A stretch of 63,880 bases of DNA, counting the filler. It is 4 parts of 4 records of this genome, joined end to end, with 100 filler letters (N's around TTAATTAATTAA, not from the genome) between each part and the next. Parts side by side here need not be neighbours in the genome. Positions count along the whole stretch, not along the records: positions 9,166 to 26,984 come from SRR2962707_918; 3 more parts are not named here. One strand, 5' to 3'. The position numbers were made by a program, and so were the translations under genes. Positions 10,265-18,865 of the stretch are shown one piece after another. Under the pieces are notes generated by a model, which saw nothing but the letters and a program-made list of their open reading frames with translations, did no database searches and had not been told where the DNA came from. Every line of letters begins with the position of its first letter. Positions within the stretch are counted from its first letter, which is position 1.

Positions 10265-10422
10265 CTCTGTTCATATTCCTCGATTGCGTCTGCCGGTATT
10301 CTGATCAGGCGCTGGCCCAAACGAAAAGCCCGCAGCTCTCCCCTGTGAATAAGGTTGCGTACGTGGTTCGGTGAGCAGCACCAGATCTGCGCAACTTGGT
10401 CGGGTGTGTAGGGCCGGGTCAT
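10138..10422 (-). CDS. Excisionase-like HTH_17 DNA-binding protein
   Basis: YTPDQVAQIWCCSPNHVRNLIHRGELRAFRLGQRLIRIP; directly upstream of and overlapping int. Confidence 0.85.
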   Translation of the reverse strand: MTRPYTPDQVAQIWCCSPNHVRNLIHRGELRAFRLGQRLIRIPADAIEEYEQRCQQSFGSVASMESSPSPGGKAASDDVIVLTHSRERRRKPKP

Positions 10423-11201
10423 GCGCCGACCTCATCAGCGAGATAGAAGCCCTTGCCGTAACCAGCGCTCTTTATGGTAACGCCGGACCCGCGCAGCTTT
10501 TTGCGGGCGTACGAGACGGCGACCTTGAGCGCGTTGTATTTTTGCTCATAGCTTTTCGGCACCGGGTCATCTGCGAACATGAGTTCGATCACCCGTTCGT
10601 TCGACGTCACCCGGCCTGCTGTGTTGTCGATGATCCGAATGATCTGGCGCTCGCGCGGTTGCAGGTTGTAGGCGCACATGACCTGTTCAAGTGACGGGCT
10701 CAGGATCTGCCGACTGCAACACCGGCATTTCACGGGCCGAAACTGACGGCGGAAGCCGCCCGACTTGCCGGCAAACGGGAGGCGCAAGGGGGCAGGGGCC
10801 GTGGGATCTGGTGTGAGGTGAAGAGAGCGCCGGTGTTCCGCGCGTCCTCGCCCAAAGGGCCTTTTTCGGTAATTGGCCTTGATGACGTAGCCGAGGCCTC
10901 TCAACTTCCGCCTCAAGCCGGTTATCGCGACCCTTGTTGCTAGGTTAGCTTTGCTCTCTCCAGGCCCGCCATCGTCCTCATCTTTGAACATCCAGCCGGC
11001 AATAGCGAAACTGCTGGCCTTGCCATCATCTTCCGGCCTGCCAGCTTGATCCCATAGAAACTCAAGGACCGCTTCCTCCTGCTCTGTAAGCTCGATCAGG
11101 TGCGTCAGCCGTTGCGGCGAGGGGCACAGGGTCGCGCCCCCACAATAGGGGCAGGGGGCGCCCTGGAAACGGGTGAACGGCGGCAAAGGATTGTGAAGCA
11201 T
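10419..11201 (-). CDS. Putative regulator with two tandem CxxC + OmpR-type winged-helix units
   Basis: CPYCG...LTEQEEAVLEFL...RVAITGLRRKL...IKANY and CRCCS...LQPRERQIIRII...KVAVSYARKKL...IKSAGYGKGFYL; ATGA overlap with xis. Confidence 0.7.
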   Translation of the reverse strand: MLHNPLPPFTRFQGAPCPYCGGATLCPSPQRLTHLIELTEQEEAVLEFLWDQAGRPEDDGKASSFAIAGWMFKDEDDGGPGESKANLATRVAITGLRRKLRGLGYVIKANYRKRPFGRGRAEHRRSLHLTPDPTAPAPLRLPFAGKSGGFRRQFRPVKCRCCSRQILSPSLEQVMCAYNLQPRERQIIRIIDNTAGRVTSNERVIELMFADDPVPKSYEQKYNALKVAVSYARKKLRGSGVTIKSAGYGKGFYLADEVGA

Positions 11202-11238
11202 AGCGACCCCATGACTTGCACAGGGATCACTAATTACA

Positions 11239-11419
11239 TTGCTAAAAAGGCAACGTTCGGCAATTCCTGTAACAAAGCATGGTTGGCATTGCCAGTCTTG
11301 TCAATATATTCAATACGTTGCTAAATAGGCAATGGTTTCTATTTGTGCTGCATTGCTAAAAAGGCAATGTTTGAACTGCTTGCGGAACTTGTTTTTGTTT
11401 CCCGTTGCTGAAAACGCAA
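11239..11419. promoter_or_regulatory. Cluster of four palindromic TTGC-N7-GCAA operator-like sites
   Basis: Sites at 11239-11253, 11318-11332, 11353-11367, 11405-11419 in AT-rich intergenic DNA; further copies at 12398-12412 and 18354-18368. Confidence 0.75.
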
Positions 11420-11436
11420 CGTCTGGAAAAACACCT

Positions 11437-11670
11437 TCAATCCGCGCCTTTTCTTAGACGCACCCCTGGCCCCTCGCCATTGCCGGGTATGAAGATCACG
11501 CCAGCGGCCTCGAGCGCGCTCCGCATTGCGTCCATGTGGATCGGCTTTGGCGTGCTGCGCCCTGCCTCAAAATTTCTGACAGTCGAGTTGCCAGAGCTGG
11601 CAGCAGTCGCAAGCTGGTCTTGGGTCCAATTCAGAAGGGCTCGGGCAGCGCGGCACTGTGCGGGGGTCAT
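11437..11670 (-). CDS. XRE-family HTH repressor
   Basis: MTPAQCRAARALLNWTQDQLATAA...TVRNFEAG...ALEAAGVIFI...GPGVRL; GGAG RBS. Confidence 0.92.
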   Translation of the reverse strand: MTPAQCRAARALLNWTQDQLATAASSGNSTVRNFEAGRSTPKPIHMDAMRSALEAAGVIFIPGNGEGPGVRLRKGAD

Positions 11671-11712
11671 ATCTAACTCCAAACGTCTTTCGTCATTTAT
11701 AACGAAAATCGT

Positions 11713-11741
11713 TTGACAAGCCAATAGGCAACGATTATCGT
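11713..11741 (+). promoter_or_regulatory. Sigma70-type promoter for the rightward (alpA-rep) operon
   Basis: TTGACA (11713-18), 17-nt spacer, TATCGT (11736-41); divergent from XRE gene. Confidence 0.75.
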
Positions 11742-11778
11742 TGTTTTTAACGTTAACCGGAAACTATGGAGCTTCCCA

Positions 11779-12060
11779 ATGACCACCGCCACGAATGACG
11801 ACGCCCGCCTGATCGACCTGGGCAACACCCTTGCCGGCCAGATCCGCACTGCGCTCGACGCGCTTGCCGCGATGGAAGCCGAGGGGCCGATGCCGGTCAA
11901 TGAAATGGCCCGCGCCGAACAGATCATGGCGCCAAGCCAGGCAACTGTCGCTGAAATGTTGAGCCTCAAGCCGTGCTCGCTGATGGGGTTTTTCGCGGCT
12001 GAAATGGCGGCTCGCTGGGCTGATGGGCAGGCGTTCGGTGTCGTGCCGGCAGATGCCTGA
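11779..12060 (+). CDS. Hypothetical protein
   Basis: 93-aa ORF with GGAG RBS, first gene after the promoter. Confidence 0.65.
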   Translation: MTTATNDDARLIDLGNTLAGQIRTALDALAAMEAEGPMPVNEMARAEQIMAPSQATVAEMLSLKPCSLMGFFAAEMAARWADGQAFGVVPADA

Positions 12061-12120
12061 TTTGAACTCCCAACTATCGCAGGGTCAATTTCGGACAACA
12101 GCCGACGCATGGAGAAACCA

Positions 12121-12318
12121 ATGCACTCAGCACCGACCAAAACCGTTCTCATCAGCACCGAGCAGCTTATGCAGATCGTGCCAGTTTGCAGCCGCACGAT
12201 CAAACGCTGGGTCGATGCCGGTCTATTTCCGAAGCCAATCCGGCAGGGCAAGAAAAACCTTTGGCCTGCGGACAAGATCGACGCCTGGGTCGAGGCAGGA
12301 GGTGCGACGGAACACTAG
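12121..12318 (+). CDS. AlpA-family transcriptional regulator
   Basis: LISTEQLMQIVPVCSRTIKRWVDAGLFPKPIRQG...WPADKIDAWV; GGAGA RBS. Confidence 0.88.
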   Translation: MHSAPTKTVLISTEQLMQIVPVCSRTIKRWVDAGLFPKPIRQGKKNLWPADKIDAWVEAGGATEH

Positions 12319-12449
12319 TCGAGCCGCGCCGAGGTAAAAAGAAACCCTCGGCTCATCTCTGAAACCAAGGGCGGGGAAGTCAAAATGATTTTCAATATTG
12401 CACAAATAGCAACGTTCCCGACCCTTCGCAAGTCGAAAGGGCGAGCACG

Positions 12450-13106
12450 ATGTTCGCACAATCCTATCGTCGGCCATTGCCCCTCGGCATTGGCTTCATC
12501 CCTCCACTTCCCATCGATGAAATCGGCTGGTCATGGGCTGCGCTCAATGACCTCTATCGCCAGATGGAGCAGAATTCGCGCGTTTACGGCACCAAAGCCT
12601 ATGACGGGCATCTGATGCGCGTCTTGCTTTTGAGCGAAAACCTTCCTCACGCCGCTGCCGAGATCGGCTTTCGTGGCACCAGTCTGTCGCTGGGCAAGAT
12701 CATCAAGGCGGGTAAGCAGATTGCTGCCAGTGCCGAGATTGAAGTTCACGGCTTCCCGAGCCTGCCCGACCTTGACGGCTGGCGGTGCGACCGGTTGCCG
12801 GAATTTCTTGGCATTGGCGAGCCGGAAAGCGAGCACGACGCGATCAACAAGGTGCGGAACGAGCTCGACGGGCTGTTCGATGACGCCAGAACCGGGACGC
12901 ATGACCTAAGGGTCGATATCGCGTTGCTTTGGGCTGGCCTGTCACGTGCCGAGGCTGAGATGGACTATCTCGGCCACTCCACCACACTTAGCCGCATTCA
13001 TGACCGCGCCGCCGCCATTGCTGGCCGGTTGGGCGTGTCGCTGGTCAATCTCGACGCGGAAGTCGCCGCGGCGGGCTCCACGCAACACAAAACCATGGCG
13101 GCTTAA
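12450..13106 (+). CDS. Hypothetical protein
   Basis: 218-aa ORF between alpA and helicase; no motif recognised. Confidence 0.65.
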   Translation: MFAQSYRRPLPLGIGFIPPLPIDEIGWSWAALNDLYRQMEQNSRVYGTKAYDGHLMRVLLLSENLPHAAAEIGFRGTSLSLGKIIKAGKQIAASAEIEVHGFPSLPDLDGWRCDRLPEFLGIGEPESEHDAINKVRNELDGLFDDARTGTHDLRVDIALLWAGLSRAEAEMDYLGHSTTLSRIHDRAAAIAGRLGVSLVNLDAEVAAAGSTQHKTMAA

Positions 13107-13151
13107 CTGATGGGCATGGACCGAATTGAAGCGAATGGCGGGGGGCGGTCA

Positions 13152-14744
13152 ATGTCCCCTGCCGCCCTGAAAGTGGTTACCGGCCAGGAGGACATTCCTG
13201 CGGGTCGCGTGATCCGCTACGTCGAGAGCGAGTTGCCGACTATCGTGGACATGGCCTGCGAGATGCTGGTTGAGGCCAATGTGCGCCTCTACGCGCGCGG
13301 CACCTCTCTATTCCGACCGATCCGCCTTGCCGGTTCTGGCGAAGCAAAGCGCATTCGCCGTGGGCAGGGCGCGGCGATCCTTGTGCCGGTTGACGAGACG
13401 GCTCTCGTCGAGATCCTGACCACGGCAATTGAGTGGCGCAAATATGATGGCCGCAAAGACATCTGGAAGCCGATTGCGGCGCCCAGTGCTGTTGCCAAAA
13501 CCATCATTGCCCGGCGTGGGGACTGGCCGTTCCCCCAATTGGTCGCGATTGTCACCGCGCCGACCTTCCGGGATGATTTCAGCGTGATCAGCGAACCTGG
13601 CTTTGATCAGACCAGCGGCATTTATTTCGACCCCGGCACCACTGAATGGCCGTCGATCAAGCCCCGGCCCACCAAGGCCGATGCGCAGGCATCCTTGGCC
13701 ATGCTTTGCGATGTCTTGGCAGATTTCCCATTCGTCTCGCCGTCCGATCGAGCGGGCGCGCTTGCAATGCTTCTGACGGCACTGGTGCGACCGGCCTTGC
13801 AAACTGCGCCAATGTTCGGTGTGTCTGCCCCGACGCCAGGTTCTGGCAAATCCAAGCTGGTGGACATCGCCGCCATTCTTGCGACGGGCCGGTGTGCTGC
13901 TGTCATGTCGGCGCCGCGCGAAGAAGCAGAGCTGCAAAAGGCCGTGGGTGCGGCCCTTATGGCTGGTGACGCATTCCTCAATCTCGACAACATCGAGCAT
14001 GCGCTGCGATCAGAGTTCCTGTGCCAGACATTGACCCAGGAGACGGTCAAGGTTCGCAAGTTGGGCGAAAGCCAGAACCTCGACCTGCCGACCAATGTCA
14101 CCTTTGCCTCGACGGGGAACGGCCTGCGCTTTGCCGGTGATCTCACCCGTCGCGTCGTGCTCATCTCATTGGATCCTGGCACCGAGCGGCCAGAAGAACG
14201 GATTTTCACGCGCGATGCCGTTGATGTTGCGCGGCAATCGCGGGTCAAGCTCGTCTGCGCTGGTCTGACATTGTTGCGTGCGTTCGTCGTTTCTGGTGCG
14301 CCCGCTATCAAGCCGGCTCTCGGTTCATTCGAGATGTGGTCTGACCTGGTGCGCTCGGCTCTGGTGTGGTTGGGCGAGGCTGATCCGCTCGCCAATGCTG
14401 AGCGAGTGCGTGACGCAGACCCGGAGCGGGAGCAAACTCTCAGCGTCCTGCTGGCTTTACCGGAAGGGGAATTCAAGGTGGCCGATATAGCGGCCATGCT
14501 GCATGAGGATCAAGGGCGCTCGCATGTGAAGGTCCACGCCGAGCTGGCCGACGCCCTGGCAGCGTTTTGTGAACGTGGCGCGCTCTCCGTGAAGCGGCTG
14601 GGCAACTTCCTATCGAAGCATCAGGGGCGAATTCTCGACGGGATGAAAGTCGAGTTCGTGAAGCGCGACCGGCGTGGTGTTGCTGTCTGGCGCGTTACCG
14701 GCAGATCAGTGCGGCAGGCTGAATTTCAAAATGAAATCTGGTGA
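13152..14744 (+). CDS. Replication helicase-like P-loop ATPase of phage/satellite primase-helicase type
   Basis: Walker A APTPGSGKS, Walker B FLNLDN, STGN and DLTRR motifs; no N-terminal primase domain recognised. Start could be 13110. Confidence 0.82.
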   Translation: MSPAALKVVTGQEDIPAGRVIRYVESELPTIVDMACEMLVEANVRLYARGTSLFRPIRLAGSGEAKRIRRGQGAAILVPVDETALVEILTTAIEWRKYDGRKDIWKPIAAPSAVAKTIIARRGDWPFPQLVAIVTAPTFRDDFSVISEPGFDQTSGIYFDPGTTEWPSIKPRPTKADAQASLAMLCDVLADFPFVSPSDRAGALAMLLTALVRPALQTAPMFGVSAPTPGSGKSKLVDIAAILATGRCAAVMSAPREEAELQKAVGAALMAGDAFLNLDNIEHALRSEFLCQTLTQETVKVRKLGESQNLDLPTNVTFASTGNGLRFAGDLTRRVVLISLDPGTERPEERIFTRDAVDVARQSRVKLVCAGLTLLRAFVVSGAPAIKPALGSFEMWSDLVRSALVWLGEADPLANAERVRDADPEREQTLSVLLALPEGEFKVADIAAMLHEDQGRSHVKVHAELADALAAFCERGALSVKRLGNFLSKHQGRILDGMKVEFVKRDRRGVAVWRVTGRSVRQAEFQNEIW

Positions 14745-14858
14745 GTGCTGGGTTGCAGGGTTTTGCCGGGTCACTTCCCGGCTCTCCTATGGAAATGTCA
14801 TCTGACAATTTTCTCGCGTACCTGAAATCAAACCCAGCAAACCCAGCAAACCCTGCAC
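14745..14858. repeat. Inverted arrays of iteron-like repeats; candidate replication origin
   Basis: GTGCTGGGTTGCAGGGTTTTGCCGGGT (14745-71) faces AACCCAGCAAACCCAGCAAACCCTGCAC (14831-58), with a TGTCA-TC-TGACA palindrome between. Confidence 0.7.
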
Positions 14859-14975
14859 TTGTCCGATCCCCGATGCTGTCAAATGTAGACATCTCGCGCG
14901 CGTAGGCACCCCAACCACACAGCCCCAACCATCAGGCCGCATTCTGTCGCTAGAATATTTTAAGGCGATCTGGAA

Positions 14976-15257
14976 ATGACACCACCCCGTGGCCGAGGCC
15001 GACCCAAAGGCGTTCCGAACCGAATTACCACCACCGTCAAGCGCGCTATCGAAGCCGCATTTGAAGGTTCTGGCGGCGTGGAAGGGTTCACCCAATGGGC
15101 GAAAGAGCACCCGACCGAATTCTATAAGCTCTGGGCCAAGCTCCTGCCGGTCGATATCAAAGCCGACATCAAGCATACCGGCTCCGTCACCTTCATTGTC
15201 GATACCGGCGTGCCACGCTCCCCTGATGGTCCGCTGGTGGAGGCGCGACCATGCTGA
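14976..15257 (+). CDS. Small phage protein with GRPKG motif (DUF5681/TerS-position-like)
   Basis: RGRGRPKGVPNRITTTVKRAIEAAF...PTEFYKLWAKLLP..IKADIKHTGSVT. Confidence 0.7.
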   Translation: MTPPRGRGRPKGVPNRITTTVKRAIEAAFEGSGGVEGFTQWAKEHPTEFYKLWAKLLPVDIKADIKHTGSVTFIVDTGVPRSPDGPLVEARPC

Positions 15258-15817
15258 CCTCGAAACAGCAGCGCTTTGTCGAAGAATACCTGATCGACCG
15301 GAATGCCACTCAGGCCGCGATCAGGGCGGGATATAGCGAAGCGACGGCATATTCCATCGGTAACGAGAACCTGAGCAAACCTGAGATCGTGAAAGCCATA
15401 TCAGACGCAACCAAAGCCCAATCGCGGCGCACGCTGATCAATGCTGACCGCGTGCTGGAAGAGATTGCCGCGCTCGCCTTTTGGGATCCAGCCTCTCTTG
15501 TCGAAATCATGGTCGAGGTCGCGCCCGGTGAATTCCAGTGCCAGGCGATAACCGAGCCGGCCCATATCAAACACCTGCCGGAAGAAGTGCGCCGCGCGAT
15601 CGTGGGCTGGAGCTATGACCGCAACCAGAATTTCACGCTCAAGCTCGCGGATAAGTCTAAGGCACTCGATCAGCTCGCGCGCCACTTGAGCCTCTACAAC
15701 GACAAGCTCGACCTGAACGTCACCGACAATATCGCCGAGCGACTAGCCAGGGCGAAGGCTCGGGCCAATGATGAGGCCGCTCGCCAGGCGGTTGAAGGCG
15801 ACGGCGATGACGCGTGA
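15251..15817 (+). CDS. terS: Terminase small subunit (Terminase_2 family)
   Basis: LTSKQQRFVEEYLIDRNATQAAIRAGYS...ENLSKPEI; LKLADKSKALDQLARHL. Confidence 0.93.
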   Translation: MLTSKQQRFVEEYLIDRNATQAAIRAGYSEATAYSIGNENLSKPEIVKAISDATKAQSRRTLINADRVLEEIAALAFWDPASLVEIMVEVAPGEFQCQAITEPAHIKHLPEEVRRAIVGWSYDRNQNFTLKLADKSKALDQLARHLSLYNDKLDLNVTDNIAERLARAKARANDEAARQAVEGDGDDA

Positions 15818-17321
15818 TCAGCTTGTTACCATTATCGAGGCCGCTGCCGAGCGCCATGGCGTCCTGCCCGATGCCCTGCTGGCGATTGCAAACCTTGAGA
15901 GCTCGAGCAACGCTAACGCCAAAAACCCCCGCTCAAGTGCATCCGGCCTGTTCCAATTCGTTGACGGCACCGCCCGCGAATATGGGCTGACGGGCACGAA
16001 ACGGAATGACCCAGAAGCCCAGGCGAACGCCGCGGCGAAAATGATGGCCACCAATAGCCGATCGCTCACCCGCGTTCTTGGCCGTGACCCCGATGCCGGC
16101 GAACTGTATTTGGCCCATCAGCAGGGCTTAGGCGGTGCAACTGCGCTGATCCGTGGGGGTGATGGCCTGGCTGTGGATGCCCTGACCGGCGTTTATCGCT
16201 CCCGAGCCAAGGCGGAGGCCGCTATCAAACTCAATGGCGGCTCGCTGGATATGTCGGCGTCGGCCTTTGCCGGAAAATGGATCAGCCGCGCCAATAGGGA
16301 GATTGGGACAATTCCCAGCGGCAAAATTCCCAATACGGTGGCCAGCGAGATCGATGTTGCGCCGCGCCGCCCGGTCACATTGCCGACGCCTGTGTCTCAG
16401 CGACCCGGCCAGCCGGTTTCAGCAGCGAGCCGCATGGCGGCGACGACGCCAGTGACGCCACGTTTGACCGCTGATGGCCAGAACATTCGCTCGTACCATA
16501 TCCCTGACATGACGCCGACCGTGGTGACTGGTGGCCTTGCCTCGCTCACGCCGAACCCGGTGCAAGAGACGGCGCCGTCTCGCCTGGATCCCGACATCAT
16601 GAGCGGCGATCGGCAGGGCGGTGGCCCCGGTGTGACTGTTGCCACCGTTAGCTCGACCACTGGCGCCGTCACCGATGCCGGTTCCTTCGCCGGCCAAGAT
16701 CGCGGCCCGGTGTCTGTCGCTCCCCGCAAGTCCGCGCCGCTCACCATCGGCGCTCAATCGTCGTTCGTGGGGCAGGACGCCGCCAAATTCGTTGCCGGGC
16801 CTGCGTCTGTGCAGAAAGACCAAAGCCGCCTGACGACGCCCGCCGCGCTGCCTGAACCTACTGCTGGCCTGAACAAACAGCAGGTCGAGGCTGCAACCGG
16901 TTTCCGCCTGGGCAATGGATCCGTGCTGACCAGTTCAGTCGAGGTCGAGAACCCGGCCTATGCCCGCCTCATGGAACGGGTGCGGCAAGGTGAAATCGAG
17001 CTCCGGGGTATCTCAGCTGGTGGCATGGCCATGTCGAGGGATGCCCGCGCCAGATACGACGCATCAATGAAGGCGCTAGAGGCGCAACGCCAGCAGCTTG
17101 CCAATACCAGCCGCACCATCAGCGTGCAGCGCCAGCAGCGGGCGCCTGTGGCCGTTCCGGTGCAGCCCGTCCAGCCCAAGGCGCCGGCAGGTTTCAACCC
17201 GGCCAACCACTCGGCTGCGCAGATGGAAGCGGTTGCGGCTGGCCGCTCGTTCTTCACCGGCGATGACGGCGGTATTCAGCCGACGCACGCCATGAATGGC
17301 AAGCTGCGGTACACGTACTAG
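15807..17321 (+). CDS. Lytic transglycosylase (SLT) domain protein with long Pro/Ala/Thr-rich C-terminal region; probable virion-associated protein
   Basis: AIANLES...NAKNPRSSASGLFQFVDGTAREYGL...YLAHQQG; no signal peptide. Confidence 0.85.
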   Translation: MTRDQLVTIIEAAAERHGVLPDALLAIANLESSSNANAKNPRSSASGLFQFVDGTAREYGLTGTKRNDPEAQANAAAKMMATNSRSLTRVLGRDPDAGELYLAHQQGLGGATALIRGGDGLAVDALTGVYRSRAKAEAAIKLNGGSLDMSASAFAGKWISRANREIGTIPSGKIPNTVASEIDVAPRRPVTLPTPVSQRPGQPVSAASRMAATTPVTPRLTADGQNIRSYHIPDMTPTVVTGGLASLTPNPVQETAPSRLDPDIMSGDRQGGGPGVTVATVSSTTGAVTDAGSFAGQDRGPVSVAPRKSAPLTIGAQSSFVGQDAAKFVAGPASVQKDQSRLTTPAALPEPTAGLNKQQVEAATGFRLGNGSVLTSSVEVENPAYARLMERVRQGEIELRGISAGGMAMSRDARARYDASMKALEAQRQQLANTSRTISVQRQQRAPVAVPVQPVQPKAPAGFNPANHSAAQMEAVAAGRSFFTGDDGGIQPTHAMNGKLRYTY

Positions 17322-17369
17322 ACTGGTGCCAATGACCAATTATGATGCCCCCATTGCTTGGGGGTATTC

Positions 17370-17612
17370 ATGTTTTTCACTCGATTGGCGACGTTGCTCG
17401 CCTGGTTGGGCTTGCTGGCCGTGGTCTTTCACCTTGGATATACGGCCTACGTTGCCAATCTGCTCGCGAATGCAGCCAAGGGACAGGATCTAGCCTATCT
17501 CGCGTCGTCGGGTAATTTTGCCAAGGCGCTATCTGAGACTGTGCCAGCCCTTGCTGCTGTGATCGCCCTTGGTGTGCTGGCAGAGATCAGCCGTGCGGTG
17601 CGGCGTCCCTGA
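17370..17612 (+). CDS. Small two-TM membrane protein
   Basis: Two hydrophobic segments (LATLLAWLGLLAVVFHLGY; ALAAVIALGVLAEI) and basic C-terminus. Confidence 0.65.
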   Translation: MFFTRLATLLAWLGLLAVVFHLGYTAYVANLLANAAKGQDLAYLASSGNFAKALSETVPALAAVIALGVLAEISRAVRRP

Positions 17613-17637
17613 AAGAGCGCGCAGCCGACTATCTGCG

Positions 17638-17814
17638 TCACATATAGCCGTCGAACTTTTCCTCGACCGGCTCGGCTTTAGTCGGTGCCAGGTGTCCAGG
17701 AATGAGCCGCACAATGCCGATCTCGGTTTCAACCTCGATAATGGCATTGCCCTCGGTCGCGGCCTTGATGAGCGTCTTGGCCTGTCGGTTGGTTATGGCG
17801 AGGGGGCGGGTCAT
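17638..17814 (-). CDS. 58-aa hypothetical protein (absent from ORF track)
   Basis: MTRPLAITNRQAKTLIKAATEGNAIIEVETEIGIVRLIPGHLAPTKAEPVEEKFDGYM*; ATGA-coupled to upstream ORF. Confidence 0.65.
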   Translation of the reverse strand: MTRPLAITNRQAKTLIKAATEGNAIIEVETEIGIVRLIPGHLAPTKAEPVEEKFDGYM

Positions 17815-18020
17815 CGGATGATGTACCTCAACTGCTTGTTCGCGGCCTTGAGCAATTGCCTGGTGCGCTCAATGGCGTGCTCGTCATCTTCGGTTGCCGC
17901 CTCAACGTCCTGAACGTCGCGGCCCAGCTCGCGGAACACAGAGGCGATGCGGGCGAGGTTAGCGCGGCTGGTGAGATCGACCCTGATTTTTTGCAGGTCC
18001 GGCAGATCGCCCGCGCTCAT
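17811..18020 (-). CDS. Hypothetical helical protein
   Basis: 69 aa, ATGA overlaps on both sides. Confidence 0.65.
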   Translation of the reverse strand: MSAGDLPDLQKIRVDLTSRANLARIASVFRELGRDVQDVEAATEDDEHAIERTRQLLKAANKQLRYIIR

Positions 18021-18289
18021 AGCCGTTTCCCGGTCAGGATTTCCGCCTCGTCGCGGGCCACCTCCATGCGCCGATCGATGAACTTGGCCAGATCGACCAG
18101 TGCCACACCCTTCGCTGACTTGATGGACGAAGGGTCGATGCTGACGATGGGCAAGTCGAGCGTCCCCTCATTGAATTTCCGCCAGAGCTTTTCCGGCGCC
18201 AAGTGAGGGAAGAAGTCTCGCGCCACAATATCGAGCGGGATGATTGGAGCGCCCTCATATCGGGCGATCAGCAAAAAGGCGGTGTTCAT
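18017..18289 (-). CDS. PrtN (pyocin activator) family DNA-binding protein
   Basis: MNTAFLLIARYEGAPIIPLDIVARDFFPHL...KSAKGVALVDLAKFID; GGAG RBS before ATG 18289. Confidence 0.88.
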   Translation of the reverse strand: MNTAFLLIARYEGAPIIPLDIVARDFFPHLAPEKLWRKFNEGTLDLPIVSIDPSSIKSAKGVALVDLAKFIDRRMEVARDEAEILTGKRL

Positions 18290-18458
18290 TCGCAAGGCTC
18301 CCTTTTGCACGGAGCCTAGAGTGAGTCTTAAGTCATTGTAACTATTATCATTATTGCCATTTCGGCAATGATGGGAACGGCAGGCAATGCCCGGCGATGG
18401 TGAGCTACCAACCTTTTCCACCGATGCTCAAGTCACGCAAAGGACGGTGATTTGAGAC

Positions 18459-18863
18459 ATGGCATTTCCGCGAAATCCTAAAGATGAGCCCCTGGCTTAT
18501 AGCCTCGATCAGGCAGCGATCGTCATGGGGATCAGCAAGAGCTCTATCTACACGCTGATTGATGAGGGGAAGCTCGTCGCGCGCAAGTTTGGTCGCCGCA
18601 CGGTGATCACCCGGCTCGATGCCGAGGTTTTTCTCCAGTCCCTGCCTGCGGTGGCGGCAAGCGGAACTCCCGCCCAGACAGACGCCGCCACCCCAAAGCT
18701 ATCCCCATTGGACCAGATGATCGCTGATCAGGTCGAGGCCGACCGCGCATCGATCTATGGCGGGAAACCCCAATCACCGCTGGCCGAGGTGGAAGCGCTG
18801 AGCATGACCAGCCGCCATCGGCCAGCCAATTCCAACATTCCTGAGCCCGGTGAGGACATCTGA
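18459..18863 (+). CDS. HTH_17 (excisionase-like) DNA-binding protein with C-terminal extension
   Basis: LAYSLDQAAIVMGISKSSIYTLIDEGKLVARKFGRRTVI. Confidence 0.85.
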   Translation: MAFPRNPKDEPLAYSLDQAAIVMGISKSSIYTLIDEGKLVARKFGRRTVITRLDAEVFLQSLPAVAASGTPAQTDAATPKLSPLDQMIADQVEADRASIYGGKPQSPLAEVEALSMTSRHRPANSNIPEPGEDI

Positions 18864-18865
18864 CC

